A DNA stretch of 64,000 nucleotides, from contig NEEC01000009.1 of assembly GCA_002189035.1 (NCBI GenBank), positions 1,054,001 to 1,118,000 of the forward strand, written 5' to 3'. The notes under the pieces were generated by a model that made no database searches, had not been told where the DNA came from, and was given only the letters and a program-made list of their open reading frames with translations. Shown one piece after another: positions 1 through 11,839 of this stretch (its first letter is position 1; each line of letters begins with the position of its first letter). The translations under genes and the position numbers were made by a program. This DNA is from Utricularia gibba (lineage: Eukaryota > Plantae > Magnoliophyta).

Positions 1-1073
1 GGGGAGGGACTGCGACCTCTTGGAGAGAGACTGCGACGAGTGGACCTCCCACGCGGACTATAACTTCTGCAGCAGTGACAGAGAGGGAAAGAGTTAAAAA
101 AATGATCATTCATAGACACCATCATGCATTTCAAAACTTCCTCCAAAGCAGGAAACAACGTTTGAAGACTAGTATATACACTAGTAGTCCTTGAGTATTC
201 TTATTTTACCTTCGGCTATAACTAGGACTGCGGCGATACTTAGGGGGACTACGACGATATCTAGGAGGGCTGCGACTTCTACGCCTCCCAGAACCTGCAC
301 GCCTGCACTCACGGGCAAAATGGCCAGGCTCGCCACATTCGTAACACTTCAGATCAGAACCAGAGCGCCCACCACGGCCACTACCACCATGTGACAACTC
401 AACTCTCCAGCCATTTTTTCCTGTTCAGAACAGAGATATGGCACCATCACAAATATTACTGATAAAATAGCACTTACTCCACCTCCCCCCTCCCCATCCC
501 AAAAAAAAGGGAAAAAATGGCAAAAATACACAGAAATCTCACCATCAAGTTCCCTTATGGCATCTGTGGCATCCCTTCGATCATCAAAATCAACAAAAGC
601 ATAACCAGGTGGCCTCCTTGCGACCCACACACTGCATGCAAAACAAAAAGAATAAATTTAAAACACGAAAACCATACTACATCCAGACAACCTAAAAGAA
701 TAGCATCAACCAAGAAGACGTTCTTAAAGCTACACAATAGTCTCTGGAAAACTCATGTCATAGAAATACTAAACCATAACCAGGTAACCTTCTGGAAACC
801 CACACACTGCATGCAAAACAACAAGAATAAATTTTAAACAAGAAAACCTCATTAAATCCAGACAACCTAAAAGAATAGCATCAACCAGGAAGACATTCTT
901 ATAGCTACACAACAGTCTCTGGAGGACTCATGTCACAGAAATAATAAAGCTACACACTCAGGATAACGATCCCTGGTAATTTACCTTCTGATTACTCCAA
1001 AGACGCGAAATTCATCCTCGAGTTCGCGTTCAGTGACTCGCGGATCGAGATTCCCAACATAGACCCTCGACAT
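1..1073 (-). CDS. RSZ22: RSZ-type serine/arginine-rich splicing factor (RRM + CCHC zinc knuckle + RS domain); 3' end runs off the window
   Basis: Exons 1073-985 ([29 protein letters not shown]), 631-543 ([22 protein letters not shown]), 420-210 ([16 protein letters not shown] repeats) and 67-1, all with GT-AG borders; probable 5'UTR intron about 1079-1310. Confidence 0.93.
600..949. repeat. Diverged ~175-bp tandem duplication covering the 3' end of RSZ intron 1 and the first ~32 nt of exon 2
   Basis: cataaccaggt...cccacacactgcatgcaaaaca...atccagacaacctaaaagaatagcatcaacc...ctcatgtca occurs at 600-774 and again at 775-949. Confidence 0.9.
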
Positions 1074-1684
1074 ACCGAACTGCAGTTCCTGAACCAAAAA
1101 AAACTCAAATACGAACACTCAGGAGCATTTACATATCAGAATCAGCCAACATTCTCCAAAACCCCATTCATAATCGAAAACACCCATCCATAGAAACGAA
1201 ATATGGCACCCTCATCCATTTCAAAAGCAAAATAAAAGATTCTAAAACTTTCGAAAGCCCCTGGTAAGGCCTTATTCAAGCATCCATATTCGAGGCGAAG
1301 GCGACACACCTGCAACCCTAATTTTGCGGTTTGAATTCCCCCAGATCCAACGGAAAGAAAACCGCGTCCATATATGTGCCGGAGATGCGTGTGTGAAATT
1401 CCAATAATGCCCTATATTGTCGCTCAACGGTCTTATTGAATATTTTCCTATTATAGAACCTTTTTTATAATTATATTTCTCGAATAGGGGCCTGGGCCTG
1501 TCTAATTTTCGTAAATTTGCATTTTGGGCCTCACAAAAGTCACAAATTCCATTTATGGGTCGTCGAGAAAAAGTGATTTTGCCCAGAACGGCGGCTCAGA
1601 TGTGCAATATTGTCTCCTCCGACCACCGGCCCCCCAAGCCTCGCTGCCCGAAGCTGTTGGATTTCGAACCCTAGCATCTCTTCA

Positions 1685-3014
1685 ATGTACAACAGTGCCG
1701 GCAATGCTGACGGCCATTTTTCCAGTCCCGGAAGCAGTGGCAGCATTCGGTATCCCGTGCAACGTCGTCAAGTTTATCAGCCAGTGATGGTACCTGTTCC
1801 ACCACCCCCGTCTCGAATGTTTTTCTCTGCATCCAGAGACGGCGATGATGACGCCGATTTTCCCTTTAGAGATGATGGTTTTCCTGAGTGGAGCAACCAG
1901 GAAATAAGGGACTTCATCGAAATCAAGGCTCAGCTTGAATGGGATTTTTCTGTAGCTGACAGGAATAAAGATCTGTGGGAAACTGTGGCTAACAGAATGA
2001 GGGAAAGGGGTTACTTGAGGACACCTGATCAGTGCAAAGGGAAGTGGAAGTTTCTTAAGGTAAATTTATCATTCCTTAATGGGGTTGCGCTGTAAGAAGT
2101 GGCATGATGGTACGACGCTATATTGAGAGGTTATGATATAACGGCCATGGATTTCGTGATATTGGATTCTTGAACTTCATGTTACCTATCTTGATGAGTT
2201 CTTGATGTTATAGTGATTATTGGAATTTGTGATATGTAGCTCCTATTGTCTTGAAATTGGATCTGTTTCGAGTAAGAAATGCCACATACAATGAGGAAAA
2301 GCTTGAGTTTTCCGATGATTGCTTCATTTTTCTGTGGTGCGCTGATGGAGTTGATCTAATAGTCTTATGGCATGAAAACCTTTATTGAATAATCCCTTGA
2401 ACATATAGGGCCCTGACATTCCCTTGGATGATGGTCAGCAGTCTTTGTTCTATGACGAGATGCCTTCAGTTTCATGTGTACGAACAACAGGGATGGCGCA
2501 GCAGCATGCTCTTGAATCTGAGATGGTGCCATCTACAGATGAAAGGAGGACCAACAAGGTTCCTGGAAATCAGTGGAACGAGGAATGCTCGGTAGAAGAG
2601 GAGGACATCATGGCAGCTGAAGCTGAAACTGTTCCCAGGAAGAAAGTGAGGAAACAAAAGCAACCAAAGTCGGTGGAGAGTAGTTGTATGTTAATCCCCA
2701 CTCCCTTGGATGCAAGCAATGATGGGGGTTTCATCAGGAGTATACAGGAGATCATGAGAAGGTTCATCCAGCAGCAAAAAGATATTGATATGCAATGGAG
2801 GAAGCGCATGGAGAAGCAAGCTGAGGAAAGGGAGCTTTTTGAGCAGGAATGGAGGCAAAAGATGGAGACTCTTGAGAGAGAGAAACTGATGGTTGAAAAA
2901 ACTCAATCAGAGCGTGAGGAGCGACGAAGAGTTAGAGAAGAGATTCGAGCAGAGAAAAGGGATGTTCTTTTAACAGCACTTCTGAACAAGCTCATCAAGG
3001 ATGACACTTCATAG
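1685..3014 (+). CDS. Trihelix transcription factor, GT-1/GT-3 clade
   Basis: Exon 1685-2059 has the trihelix motif WSNQEIRDFIEIK...LWETVANRMRERGYLRTPDQCKGKWKFL; exon 2409-3014 joins in frame and gives a coiled coil ending LLTALLNKLI. Confidence 0.88.
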
Positions 3015-3220
3015 TCTGTAGCCTCGAACACTAGATGAGAAATAAAGTGAAGCACATGGATCATGTATAAGGTGAAGTGGTTCATCTTTGTAGCAACCAT
3101 CTTTACAATTCTCTGTGACATTTTGTATCATTATGATTTATTCATGAACGGAAAGTTATTCCAATGATGAATGCACTCAGGCTAAGGATAAGAAATTGCA
3201 AAGAGTTGCTTCATGGCTCG

Positions 3221-4513
3221 TCACTTTGAGCAATCTGCCGGCAGAAACTTGAGTTTCTTATTGGCAAGATCATACTCAGTCTTGAAGTTCATCTGAGCAG
3301 TGTTTCCCCAGATGGACACAAAGTACGTCCCCACGATCGTCAAACACTTCACCCCATCTTCAACCTCGATGAAGGTGTTCGATTCCGGCAACTCCAAGTC
3401 ACCACCGTCGAACTGCGCCACAATCGGTGGTAGTGTCAAGTCGCAGTTTTGCGACCTAATGTTATAGCACAGATCAAGCCCGATTTCGTCTTCCGCCGTG
3501 CGGTTGCGTTGGCACTTCACCTTACTGTTGAGAACAGTCACCATTCCATCCACCACATCATATGGGAGGAACGTCAGTGTCGTTCCGGAGTCGATGATCG
3601 TATTTCCCGTCTGATTCGCAAATATGGACTTGATTTCCGTCGAACCAACTCGGAAACCCGTGAACGTGAAATAGTAAAACGGGTTCTCATACGAGCTTTC
3701 AGTGATCAATGGCGTTGAGACTACACCCTTCCCTCTGAGCTTGCCCTTCGGCCCGAATATGATCTCGCTTCGTGCATCGGAGAACATCTCCGGCAGGCAA
3801 TACGAGAACGTCTTCACGTTGAGCTGGTTTGTCACCGAAAGTGGACTGTTCGCCAGGCCAACTATACCGGAGGTCATGGAACTGAACGTCCCCCCGTTCA
3901 CATACCCGCATCCGATGTAGATCCTGGAAAACGATACCGATCGCCTGCGTCTAGTCGATAAAAAGGAAACCCGATCGGTGGCAAGGTTTCCGGCCGTCTG
4001 GGAGCCATCTCCGTAGCCGTACAGGTAGTTGCATCGTGATCCATACCCACAAGACAAGAATCCAGCACCTTGGCATTGCGGGTCAGTACAACGAGCAAGT
4101 CTGTAAGATTTTGAGTTTCTCGGGTCATAAGGCCTTGCCTTTTGCCTGTAGCAGCCCTGGCAGGGGTAGCATTGTGTCCATGTTAGAGTGCTTCCTGTGT
4201 CAACAATGGCCCAGATGGGGAACCTTCTGGTGCCTAGTGATATTCTCATTATGTAACCATAATCATCTGCATGGATGGGGGCTTTGAACGATCGTCTTGA
4301 GGTCGAATTCAGACTTCTGAAAGAGGAATACAATGATCTTTGACGGGTAAACGAGCTTTCCACTGCTCGTCTCGCCCGCTCAACATTGGTGATGGAAGGA
4401 TCGTAGAGGGGTGACAGAGGGGAATCTCTGTGGATCATGTCAACCTCAAAGCACAGAATGGGAACTAGGAAGAGGTGAAGGAATGCCAAAAGGAGCTTAC
4501 TTGGGAGTTCCAT
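3221..4513 (-). CDS. Secreted A1 aspartic protease, CDR1/nepenthesin-like, intronless
   Basis: Signal peptide, propeptide IHRDSPLSPLY, catalytic DTGS and DSGT, Cys-rich NAP-type insert (QCYPCQGCY...CTDPQC...C), C-terminal GNTAQMNF...FLPADCSK. Confidence 0.93.
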   Translation of the reverse strand: MELPSKLLLAFLHLFLVPILCFEVDMIHRDSPLSPLYDPSITNVERARRAVESSFTRQRSLYSSFRSLNSTSRRSFKAPIHADDYGYIMRISLGTRRFPIWAIVDTGSTLTWTQCYPCQGCYRQKARPYDPRNSKSYRLARCTDPQCQGAGFLSCGYGSRCNYLYGYGDGSQTAGNLATDRVSFLSTRRRRSVSFSRIYIGCGYVNGGTFSSMTSGIVGLANSPLSVTNQLNVKTFSYCLPEMFSDARSEIIFGPKGKLRGKGVVSTPLITESSYENPFYYFTFTGFRVGSTEIKSIFANQTGNTIIDSGTTLTFLPYDVVDGMVTVLNSKVKCQRNRTAEDEIGLDLCYNIRSQNCDLTLPPIVAQFDGGDLELPESNTFIEVEDGVKCLTIVGTYFVSIWGNTAQMNFKTEYDLANKKLKFLPADCSK

Positions 4514-5129
4514 GAGTGCGGCTATGGCATGCTTGAGTGAAGAATCTGCATCAGTTCTTATAGAGCAAGCCATAAAAACACACGTGGTCTTATTGCATAG
4601 ATCATGGACTCCAGCCGCTTTTCATAGGCAACAACATTATACAATCAAAGGAGGAGAGGAGATACCGTAGGATTGGACAATCAATTGCTACGTAAGATGT
4701 CTTTATAAGGTAGTTAGGACAAGGCATCTGTTGTGATGGTCACTGAGATTCCTGCATTCTTTGTGTTGCTGATATTTTGGGTCATTCGGACTAAATGGGT
4801 GTTAGAGATTCCACCTCTGGTAAGTCTACTGCAGGGTTTTCTTCAAGAAAGGGAGGAAAAGGAGGGACTAATAGGAGAGATCGAGTTCACGTGGGGAAAC
4901 CCCATCTGCTAGATCATGGGAGTGGCTACAGAAATAGGGTGCACCAGGGAATCAACAGTAGCATTGATTGGCTACGCTTGGTGAATGGTGATAGATGTAA
5001 CGAAGGATTTCTAGTAAAGCAGACACGAAATTAAATGCTAACTCTTATGGAATATCAAGATAATTGCATCCATATGGTGTCATGAGTTTGAATTCTAGAG
5101 TACCTTTTTCAGGAGTCTGCATTTCAACA

Positions 5130-5941
5130 TCACATGTTTCTTCGACTTAGCTGTGCAGCCAATTGATCAACAGCCTTTACAGCATGAGATGCTGAGCCTG
5201 TTGAGCCCTCATACCTGTGGAAGTTGCACCTCAAAAACATATTCTGTAAAGCATTTTCTAGATAGACAATGGGATTGGGAAAATGGTGCACTTACAGTCC
5301 AACCAGGAGGAATGCAGATGTCTGAATCACGATAGCACCTTCACCAGCAGCATGTTTTGAATTGCTCAAGCATCTTGCGCAGAACCAATTCTCATGAATC
5401 GAGGTGACAAGATCTGGTGAAAAGCAATTAGAGGAGGAGCAATAGGAAATAGAAGTATAACAATGAAACAACAACTTTAGACAGAGAGAACAGAGGTCAA
5501 CAGGCGATCCCTTGACTCGCTGAGCAGAACTTACATTCATGCTGATTAATGAAGAATGTTTCCATAGGCAACCTGTTCCTCTTCACGAAAGCAATGAACT
5601 GACTTACTTCAATTGAATCTGCTTTGATGCCCTCCTGCTCTGCACTACAAGCAGAGTTAACAGTATATTTAGCTGGCAGGCATAAGAATATGCTAAAACG
5701 AACTAAAAATGTTTGCTTTCTCACATGGCAGACACCAGGCGAGAAGGACCAGTAGGATCATAGTTTAGTAACAGAGCAGCTTTCAAAGGCTGGCCTGGAA
5801 ATCAATGTGGTTAACAACCAGTCTAATCTATTATGGCAGCAAGAGGAAGCCATAGAAAAATCAGAATGCAGGAAAACCTGAAGTGCCAACATTGATCATT
5901 GCCCATTTCTCCCAGAGCCTCCGTACAACATTCCAGTCCAT
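5130..5941 (-). CDS. Plant profilin-like family protein (atypical, multi-exon)
   Basis: Spliced peptides MDWNVVRRLWEKWAMINVGTSG / PLKAALLLNYDPTGPSRLVSA / AEQEGIKADSIEVSQF...NQHE / LVTSIHENWFCARC...GEGAIVIQTSAFLLVGL / YEGSTGSASHAVKAVDQLAAQLSRRNM*. Family assignment is recalled, not searched. Confidence 0.75.
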
Positions 5942-6327
5942 TTCACTACTGAAACCACCACAAATCAAATGACAACCAACAATTCATGGCATTTCGTCGA
6001 GCAGTTAACATGCATAAGACACAGTAACAACTCAAAATTGGCATCGGTGTATGATTCCACGAGATTGTTCAGTTTAAAAGCATCGCTGGAAGAAAGATCC
6101 TTCGAATTCTAAGGCCTCACCAGCTTGCTCCGGAGATTCCTAATGGTGAGGAACTGTCTCTCTTTTATCGACCGAAAAGTGTAGTAATTTACCGTAGTAC
6201 AGAATGCGTGTCCAAAAAAAAATTTGTGAAATGACGTTTAGAGCACGGATACCGAAGCTAATTTCATTAATTCGAGGGACCATCGGGGATCACCCTGCCG
6301 CCGTGTAAGGACCATTCGTGGCCAACA

Positions 6328-7857
6328 ATGGAGGCTGAAGCTGCGCCGGTGGCGAACCGTCGGGACGTGTTTCTCGCTCACATAGGGATGGTGCTGGTGC
6401 AACTTGGGAACAGCGTCCACCACATCATCACCAAGGTGGCTCTCGACGATGGTACCAACAAGATAGTCTTTAGCGTCTATCGCGACACCGTGGCTCTTTC
6501 GTTTCTTGCACCCGCAGCTTATTTTAGTGAAAAGTTCGTTCCTTCTTTTCTTTGTGAATGTTGAAAGTAGAATTCCAGATTCTGCAACTCTGATTCCATT
6601 ACTTGATACTGCTGAATCTGCAGAAAACTGAGACCACAAATGACAGCCAGCTTCCTGTTGACACTCTTCTTTCTAGGTGTAACTGGGTAATATTCAAAAT
6701 TGAACCTTCTTCTTTTTTATACTTCAATCTTATTTTCTGATATCCTCAACTGGTTCTCTTTTTGGGTTAGGATTTTTGGGAATCAGATTCTGTTTCTCTT
6801 TGGCCTTGCTTACACAAATCCAGCTTATGCTGCAGCCATCCAGCCTTCCATTCCAGTCTTTACATTTATACTGTCTCTGCTAATGGGGTCAAGTTATTAC
6901 CTTTAAGCAAATTTAAATTGCTCTTGTCTCACTTTCATCGCTTTCATGTTACTTCTCATGTGCAGGGTAGAGAAACTGAATATACGCAGAGTTGATGGCA
7001 AGGCAAAGTTGATTGGAATCCTTGTTTGTGTTTCTGGAGCCATGCTAATGGCTGTGTTTAGAGGTCCACCTGTGTTTGGCCATGGGACATCAGATACTGC
7101 TAGCGGTGAAGCTCAGTTGATGTCTGACTGGAGCCTGGGGGTTGTATGTTTGATTGGAAACTGCATCTGTATGGCAGCTTATCTCGCATTTCAGGTACCT
7201 AAACACATGCTGTCTTCTTTGCTGCACTGATCACATTCTAAGTGTTCTGCTTGGTATCCATCAGGCCAAACTTCTTGTCAAATATCCTGCGCCTATTTCC
7301 ACTACGGCATGTGCCATCGCTTTCGGATGTCTTCTTATGGTTTCAATTGCAGTTTTTACGACTAACCTGTCAACAGAATGGAATTTCAAAAAAGCAGAAG
7401 TGTTTGCTGTCCTCTATGCAGTTAAGTTGCTTTGCTCACACTCCATTAAATCTCTGAATCACTCATCACAATAACATGCTGTACAGGGGATTGTTGCTTC
7501 CTGTATCAACTATGGAGTCATGTCAATGGCGAACAAGATACTTGGGCCATCACTTGTTGCTCTCTATAACCCACTGCAACCGATTGGTTCAGCCATATTA
7601 TCGAGGATTTTTCTGGGGAGCTCTGTTTACTTGGGAAGGTGCTGGATGCTGCATTACATGATTCTGTTCAAAATTCTTGATCTTTATAATGAACTTGTTT
7701 TGGTGTTTGCAGCGTATTCGGCAGCGTGCTTATTGTAACGGGGCTTTACCTTGTGACTTGGGCATCTGAAAAGGGAAAGATCACAAAGCCTGGATCCCCT
7801 ATTTTATCAGAGCCCTTCATCAGCAACATTCATACTTCTAGCAACACAAACGCCTAG
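6328..7857 (+). CDS. WAT1-related / UMAMIT (nodulin MtN21, EamA) transporter
   Basis: [65 protein letters not shown]; multi-exon with GT-AG introns. Confidence 0.92.
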
Positions 7858-8183
7858 GCCTCAAGAGAGGGCCAGAGAACCAGCTTGTTGATATCATGTT
7901 TTGGAGCTTGAATTCAGTTAAGCTCATGTAAATGTGTATAAAGCTGAAGATTGAGAATGCGGTGGATCATTGTAACAGGTCACTGTTCTACTATGTAAAC
8001 AAATTTCCAAGATTCCATGATAGAAACTTGGGGTGATCAAAACCCATTGTAAGTTGAGATGCATAGCTAGGTAGATCAGTATGCAACTGAAAGCTTTGCA
8101 TCTGTCCTATTCTTCTACAGAATGAACCATCAAGGTTGAGAAGCCTTAGAGAACCTTGTAGCTGTGATGCCGGCCAACGTATC

Positions 8184-9440
8184 TCAGAGATCGGTTGCAA
8201 GAAAATTTGATGAAAGAGTAACCTGTAAATCGAGGCATCAGGATGGCCCATTTTTTAGCAGAAAAAAATGTGAAATAAAACATATACTACCTTCTCTCCA
8301 AGCTTAAAAGGAGGGAGACCCTTGTATGGGCATGTGCTGCAGCGAAATGCATCGCCAAGACCACACTGTTTCAAAATTATCAAGAACCTTAGACTGCCCC
8401 CATTTAAGGCCTTAAACTGTAAGAAAAAAAAAGGCCAACTGAATATGAATTGAAGGTCAAGTAAACATACGTTTCCACATGAAGACTGGGGATTATTCAG
8501 CTGATCCATAGTAAGTCCAAGTTTCTCAACTTTTTCCTCTGCTTCAGCCCTGCCACAAGTGCAATTTTTGCAAGCTTTCCTTGTCTTTCCAACTTCACAA
8601 TCACCTGATTAACAAACATAACCCATCTACATATCACACCTCTTCAATGCATTAAATACAGCAAACAAGAAATTAAAATATGAAAAAAGACCTATTGGCA
8701 GTTCAGGTTTTTTCAGATCCTCTTCACTCAGGAGTGTATCCTCATCAATGAGATCCATATCATCATCTATCTGAATCTTAGGAAGGATAGGTGTGGCTTT
8801 TTTTAATGAAAACGACGAACCAATCTCCCATGAGGGTTTTTTACCAATTGCCTGCAATGCCAGGGTAATTTAGCAAACTCCATCATCAGCATGCCGTACA
8901 AAAATCACTCAAATTAATAAGGTGAAACGGATACAAACTGACTGGCCACCGGAAGACTGCACGCCCAGAAATCCAGCAAGCAATAGCTTTCGCTCAGGAG
9001 ATGAATTTTCCTGAAAATGACATAAATTTTATGCAAATCATAAGACTCAATGAAGGTGCTACGCGTAATGAAAAAGTACCTTCTGCACCAGGTCAGACTT
9101 CAGAAGTACAGTTCCACCGGGTTTCAAGACTCGAAATATACTCCCAAAAAGTTCATTGCTGGGGTATTCCACAGATTCGCCGAGGATCAGAGCGCTATCA
9201 AAATATGAAGACTCAAACGACGACAAACCTGCAAAATACATCGCAAACACTCAACAATACAATAAAAAAAACCCTGGAAGAAACAGACACAAAGAAATTA
9301 CTTTTTGAGGAAGCTTGAGTAATAATCAGAGGATCAAGCTGTTCGTATCCCTTTTCTCGAATAACCTTAATTCCATCATTAACTCTACTCAGAGAAACAG
9401 CCACGCCATCGGAAATCACCAAGAACTTATCTTGCGTCAT
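8184..9440 (-). CDS. DRE2: Anamorsin / DRE2 Fe-S cluster assembly factor
   Basis: [47 protein letters not shown] and [26 protein letters not shown]; last exon [12 protein letters not shown]. Confidence 0.95.
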
Positions 9441-9942
9441 TTCTGATCCCTACAACGAAAGAATTACCAAAAACACGCCTCTATAAGTAACCATAAAACT
9501 CAATCCTAAATAACAATTCTGAGATTGTACGAAAAAACAAAGGACAAAAACCCTAATTTCTAAATCACCATAGAATAAGAAGCGCAGAGTTCGAGAATCA
9601 CCTTCTTGGAATTTGATAACATGAAGACCAGGGGTTTATCTGCATGTAGAGGTTTTATAGTCGGGCCATTTTCTGGGCTTTTGAAAATCAAGCTCATTAA
9701 GATCAGCCCAATAAAAGCTCAGTACATATGGGCCCATCAGTAGCCTGGAGGACTCTTCCCAAAATGATATTTTCAAACTTTTAAGGGCCAAAATCAAGAA
9801 TTTGAAAAGGCTGAGGACCAATCGTTAATTTTTGTCTAAATTATTTGTCCTATCTCGGCGGCGCTCCGATCACTCCGAGTGGAATGGAGGGTCAGCGGTG
9901 AAGTTACTGCGATCATCTCCGTACGGGATCGTGTTTGTCGCC
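9441..9942. promoter_or_regulatory. ~500-bp bidirectional promoter region between DRE2 and the unknown membrane-protein gene
   Basis: Head-to-head ATGs; telo-box AAACCCTAA at about 9548-9556; site-II-like TGGGCY/RGCCCA elements at about 9660-9790. Confidence 0.55.
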
Positions 9943-11501
9943 ATGGATTCCGATGAGGAAGACTTTAGTAAAGATCGTCTTGTTAATACCCCCGAAACAA
10001 CTTATCGTTCCTTTTTTAGCGTAGTTGTATCATATTTCATTTTCTTGTTTCTTTCAATTGCCGTTGTATACATAGCAGTTTTGCTCGAGAATTTGCCTTT
10101 GTGGAGGCAAATTTCTCTACACACCCGCTGCAGAATAGTTTCTAGCAGTAAGTGCTCGATATTGTAGAAATTTCTATTTTTTTCTGGAATTGCTGCGATT
10201 AGTGAGTTTCGGAAGTTCAATGGAGGGCTGTCTGAAGTATAAAAATTTTTTATCAACTCTTCTATTTCTGTAGCTTCTGTAAAATGTAGCTAACTTTTGA
10301 ATCTGCGTAATGCATTCTTGAAAATGCTATTGTTTTTCTTGTGCTTTTGCTTCCTCTGATATTGGAAATTCCAACTCAAGTTTTGTTTTTATTCTATTGC
10401 TAAGTTTCCCTTTTTGTCTTTTAATCAAGTAATCATGCTCTGATTTTTGAATCTGTAATCAAGAACATGGTAATTTCTTGTTGTAGGTGTTGACCTGCGA
10501 ACATCTAAGGTCTGTGAATTAGGGTTGCTAAATTATAATGCCAAAAATGTATTTTATCATCCAGTGGAGCGGAAAAAATATCGATGCCGTTACGACTATT
10601 ACTGGGCTTCTGTCTTCAAGGTAACTGTCTGTGATTTATTTTATTGAACCTTGCTTCCTGTTTAACAGATATTGATGTGTACTGCATCATGCTGAGACTT
10701 TTTGTGAGCTACAATGCTTGTTATTGAGAAGTTTTTTCTTGTCTGTCCGTTTTCATTCTAATCCACAGGTTGAATACATAGACCATTTGGGTCAGATAAA
10801 GTTTGCATTTGCCGAGGCACCACATGAAGCCTTACCATATAATTGTCGACCCACATTCAGTGGTGCATGGCTGACAAAAGACAAGTTTAGAGTTAGTATC
10901 ATTACCAAAACTTGTAGTAACACATTGTATTTTTTTTAGCGTGGCATTCATCTTCTGTAATTTTCAGTTGGTGCTTTGCACGTGATTGCTTCTCAGGTAA
11001 ACGAAACATATGAGTGCTGGTACACATTGGGCGTATCTAAGGTTTACATAAATCATGAAGGTCTATTTAACTGCAGAGCTGATGACCCTTCTACTCTTGA
11101 GATGATCAAGCGCTATTGCATCTTGTATGTACCGCGAAATTCTTGTTCTGCTCCATTTCATTCCCTTATTGACTCTCTGGTTATAAAGCTCCGTTTGCAT
11201 GCCCAGGTTTATGAGGATCCTGAAGTCTTCATCTGTCAACTGGAGATCTTTGAATCAATGGCGATGGGATGTAGTCGCTGGACTTAAAACTGGCGTCATA
11301 ACGTCCATGTTAACAATAAGCTTGCTTACTCTGCTACGGCCGCTGATTCTGTCATGCAATCATCGCTTGGGATCCCGAACATTGAACCGGTACTCGAAGA
11401 ACACGATTGTCTTCCTCAAGCGAGCTTGTTTCTTTACCTTGTATTTTTCCTTCATGAGCTGGATCACTTTGCAGTATTTGAAAAGACTAGGCTTCACATA
11501 G
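9943..11501 (+). CDS. Uncharacterised plant membrane protein (N-terminal TM helix, Cys/Tyr-rich loop, C-terminal TM helices)
   Basis: In-phase exons MDSDEEDFSKDRLV...HTRCRIVSS / VDLRTSKVCELGLLNY...YRCRYDYYWASVFK / VEYIDHLGQ...LPYNCRPTFSGAWLTKDKFR / VNETYECWY... / ...LQYLKRLGFT*. Confidence 0.7.
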
Positions 11502-11839
11502 TTTTCTCCCACATCTTTCATTGTTCTCCCATGTTGTACAAATTCCTTGTTGTATTGAATTATACAGAATGAATGGATGTGTTTTTCTAACAGATCTCAG
11601 CCTCATTGCTTCCTCTTCCTCAAAGGCTCACAATAAGACAGAGTGAAAAGCAGAAAGATTCATTTACTTGCTCGCTCAAATTCGTGTTATTTGCAACAGG
11701 CCCTGCAAGAGTTCCACTGTATCACAGAAAACCAGGAATATCAACCCCTTTCCTTGTATGGTTCTATCACCAAGAAAACAGGTGGGAAAAACGATGCTCC
11801 ATGTGTACTAAGCTAAACTAGTATACAACCAGAAATCAC

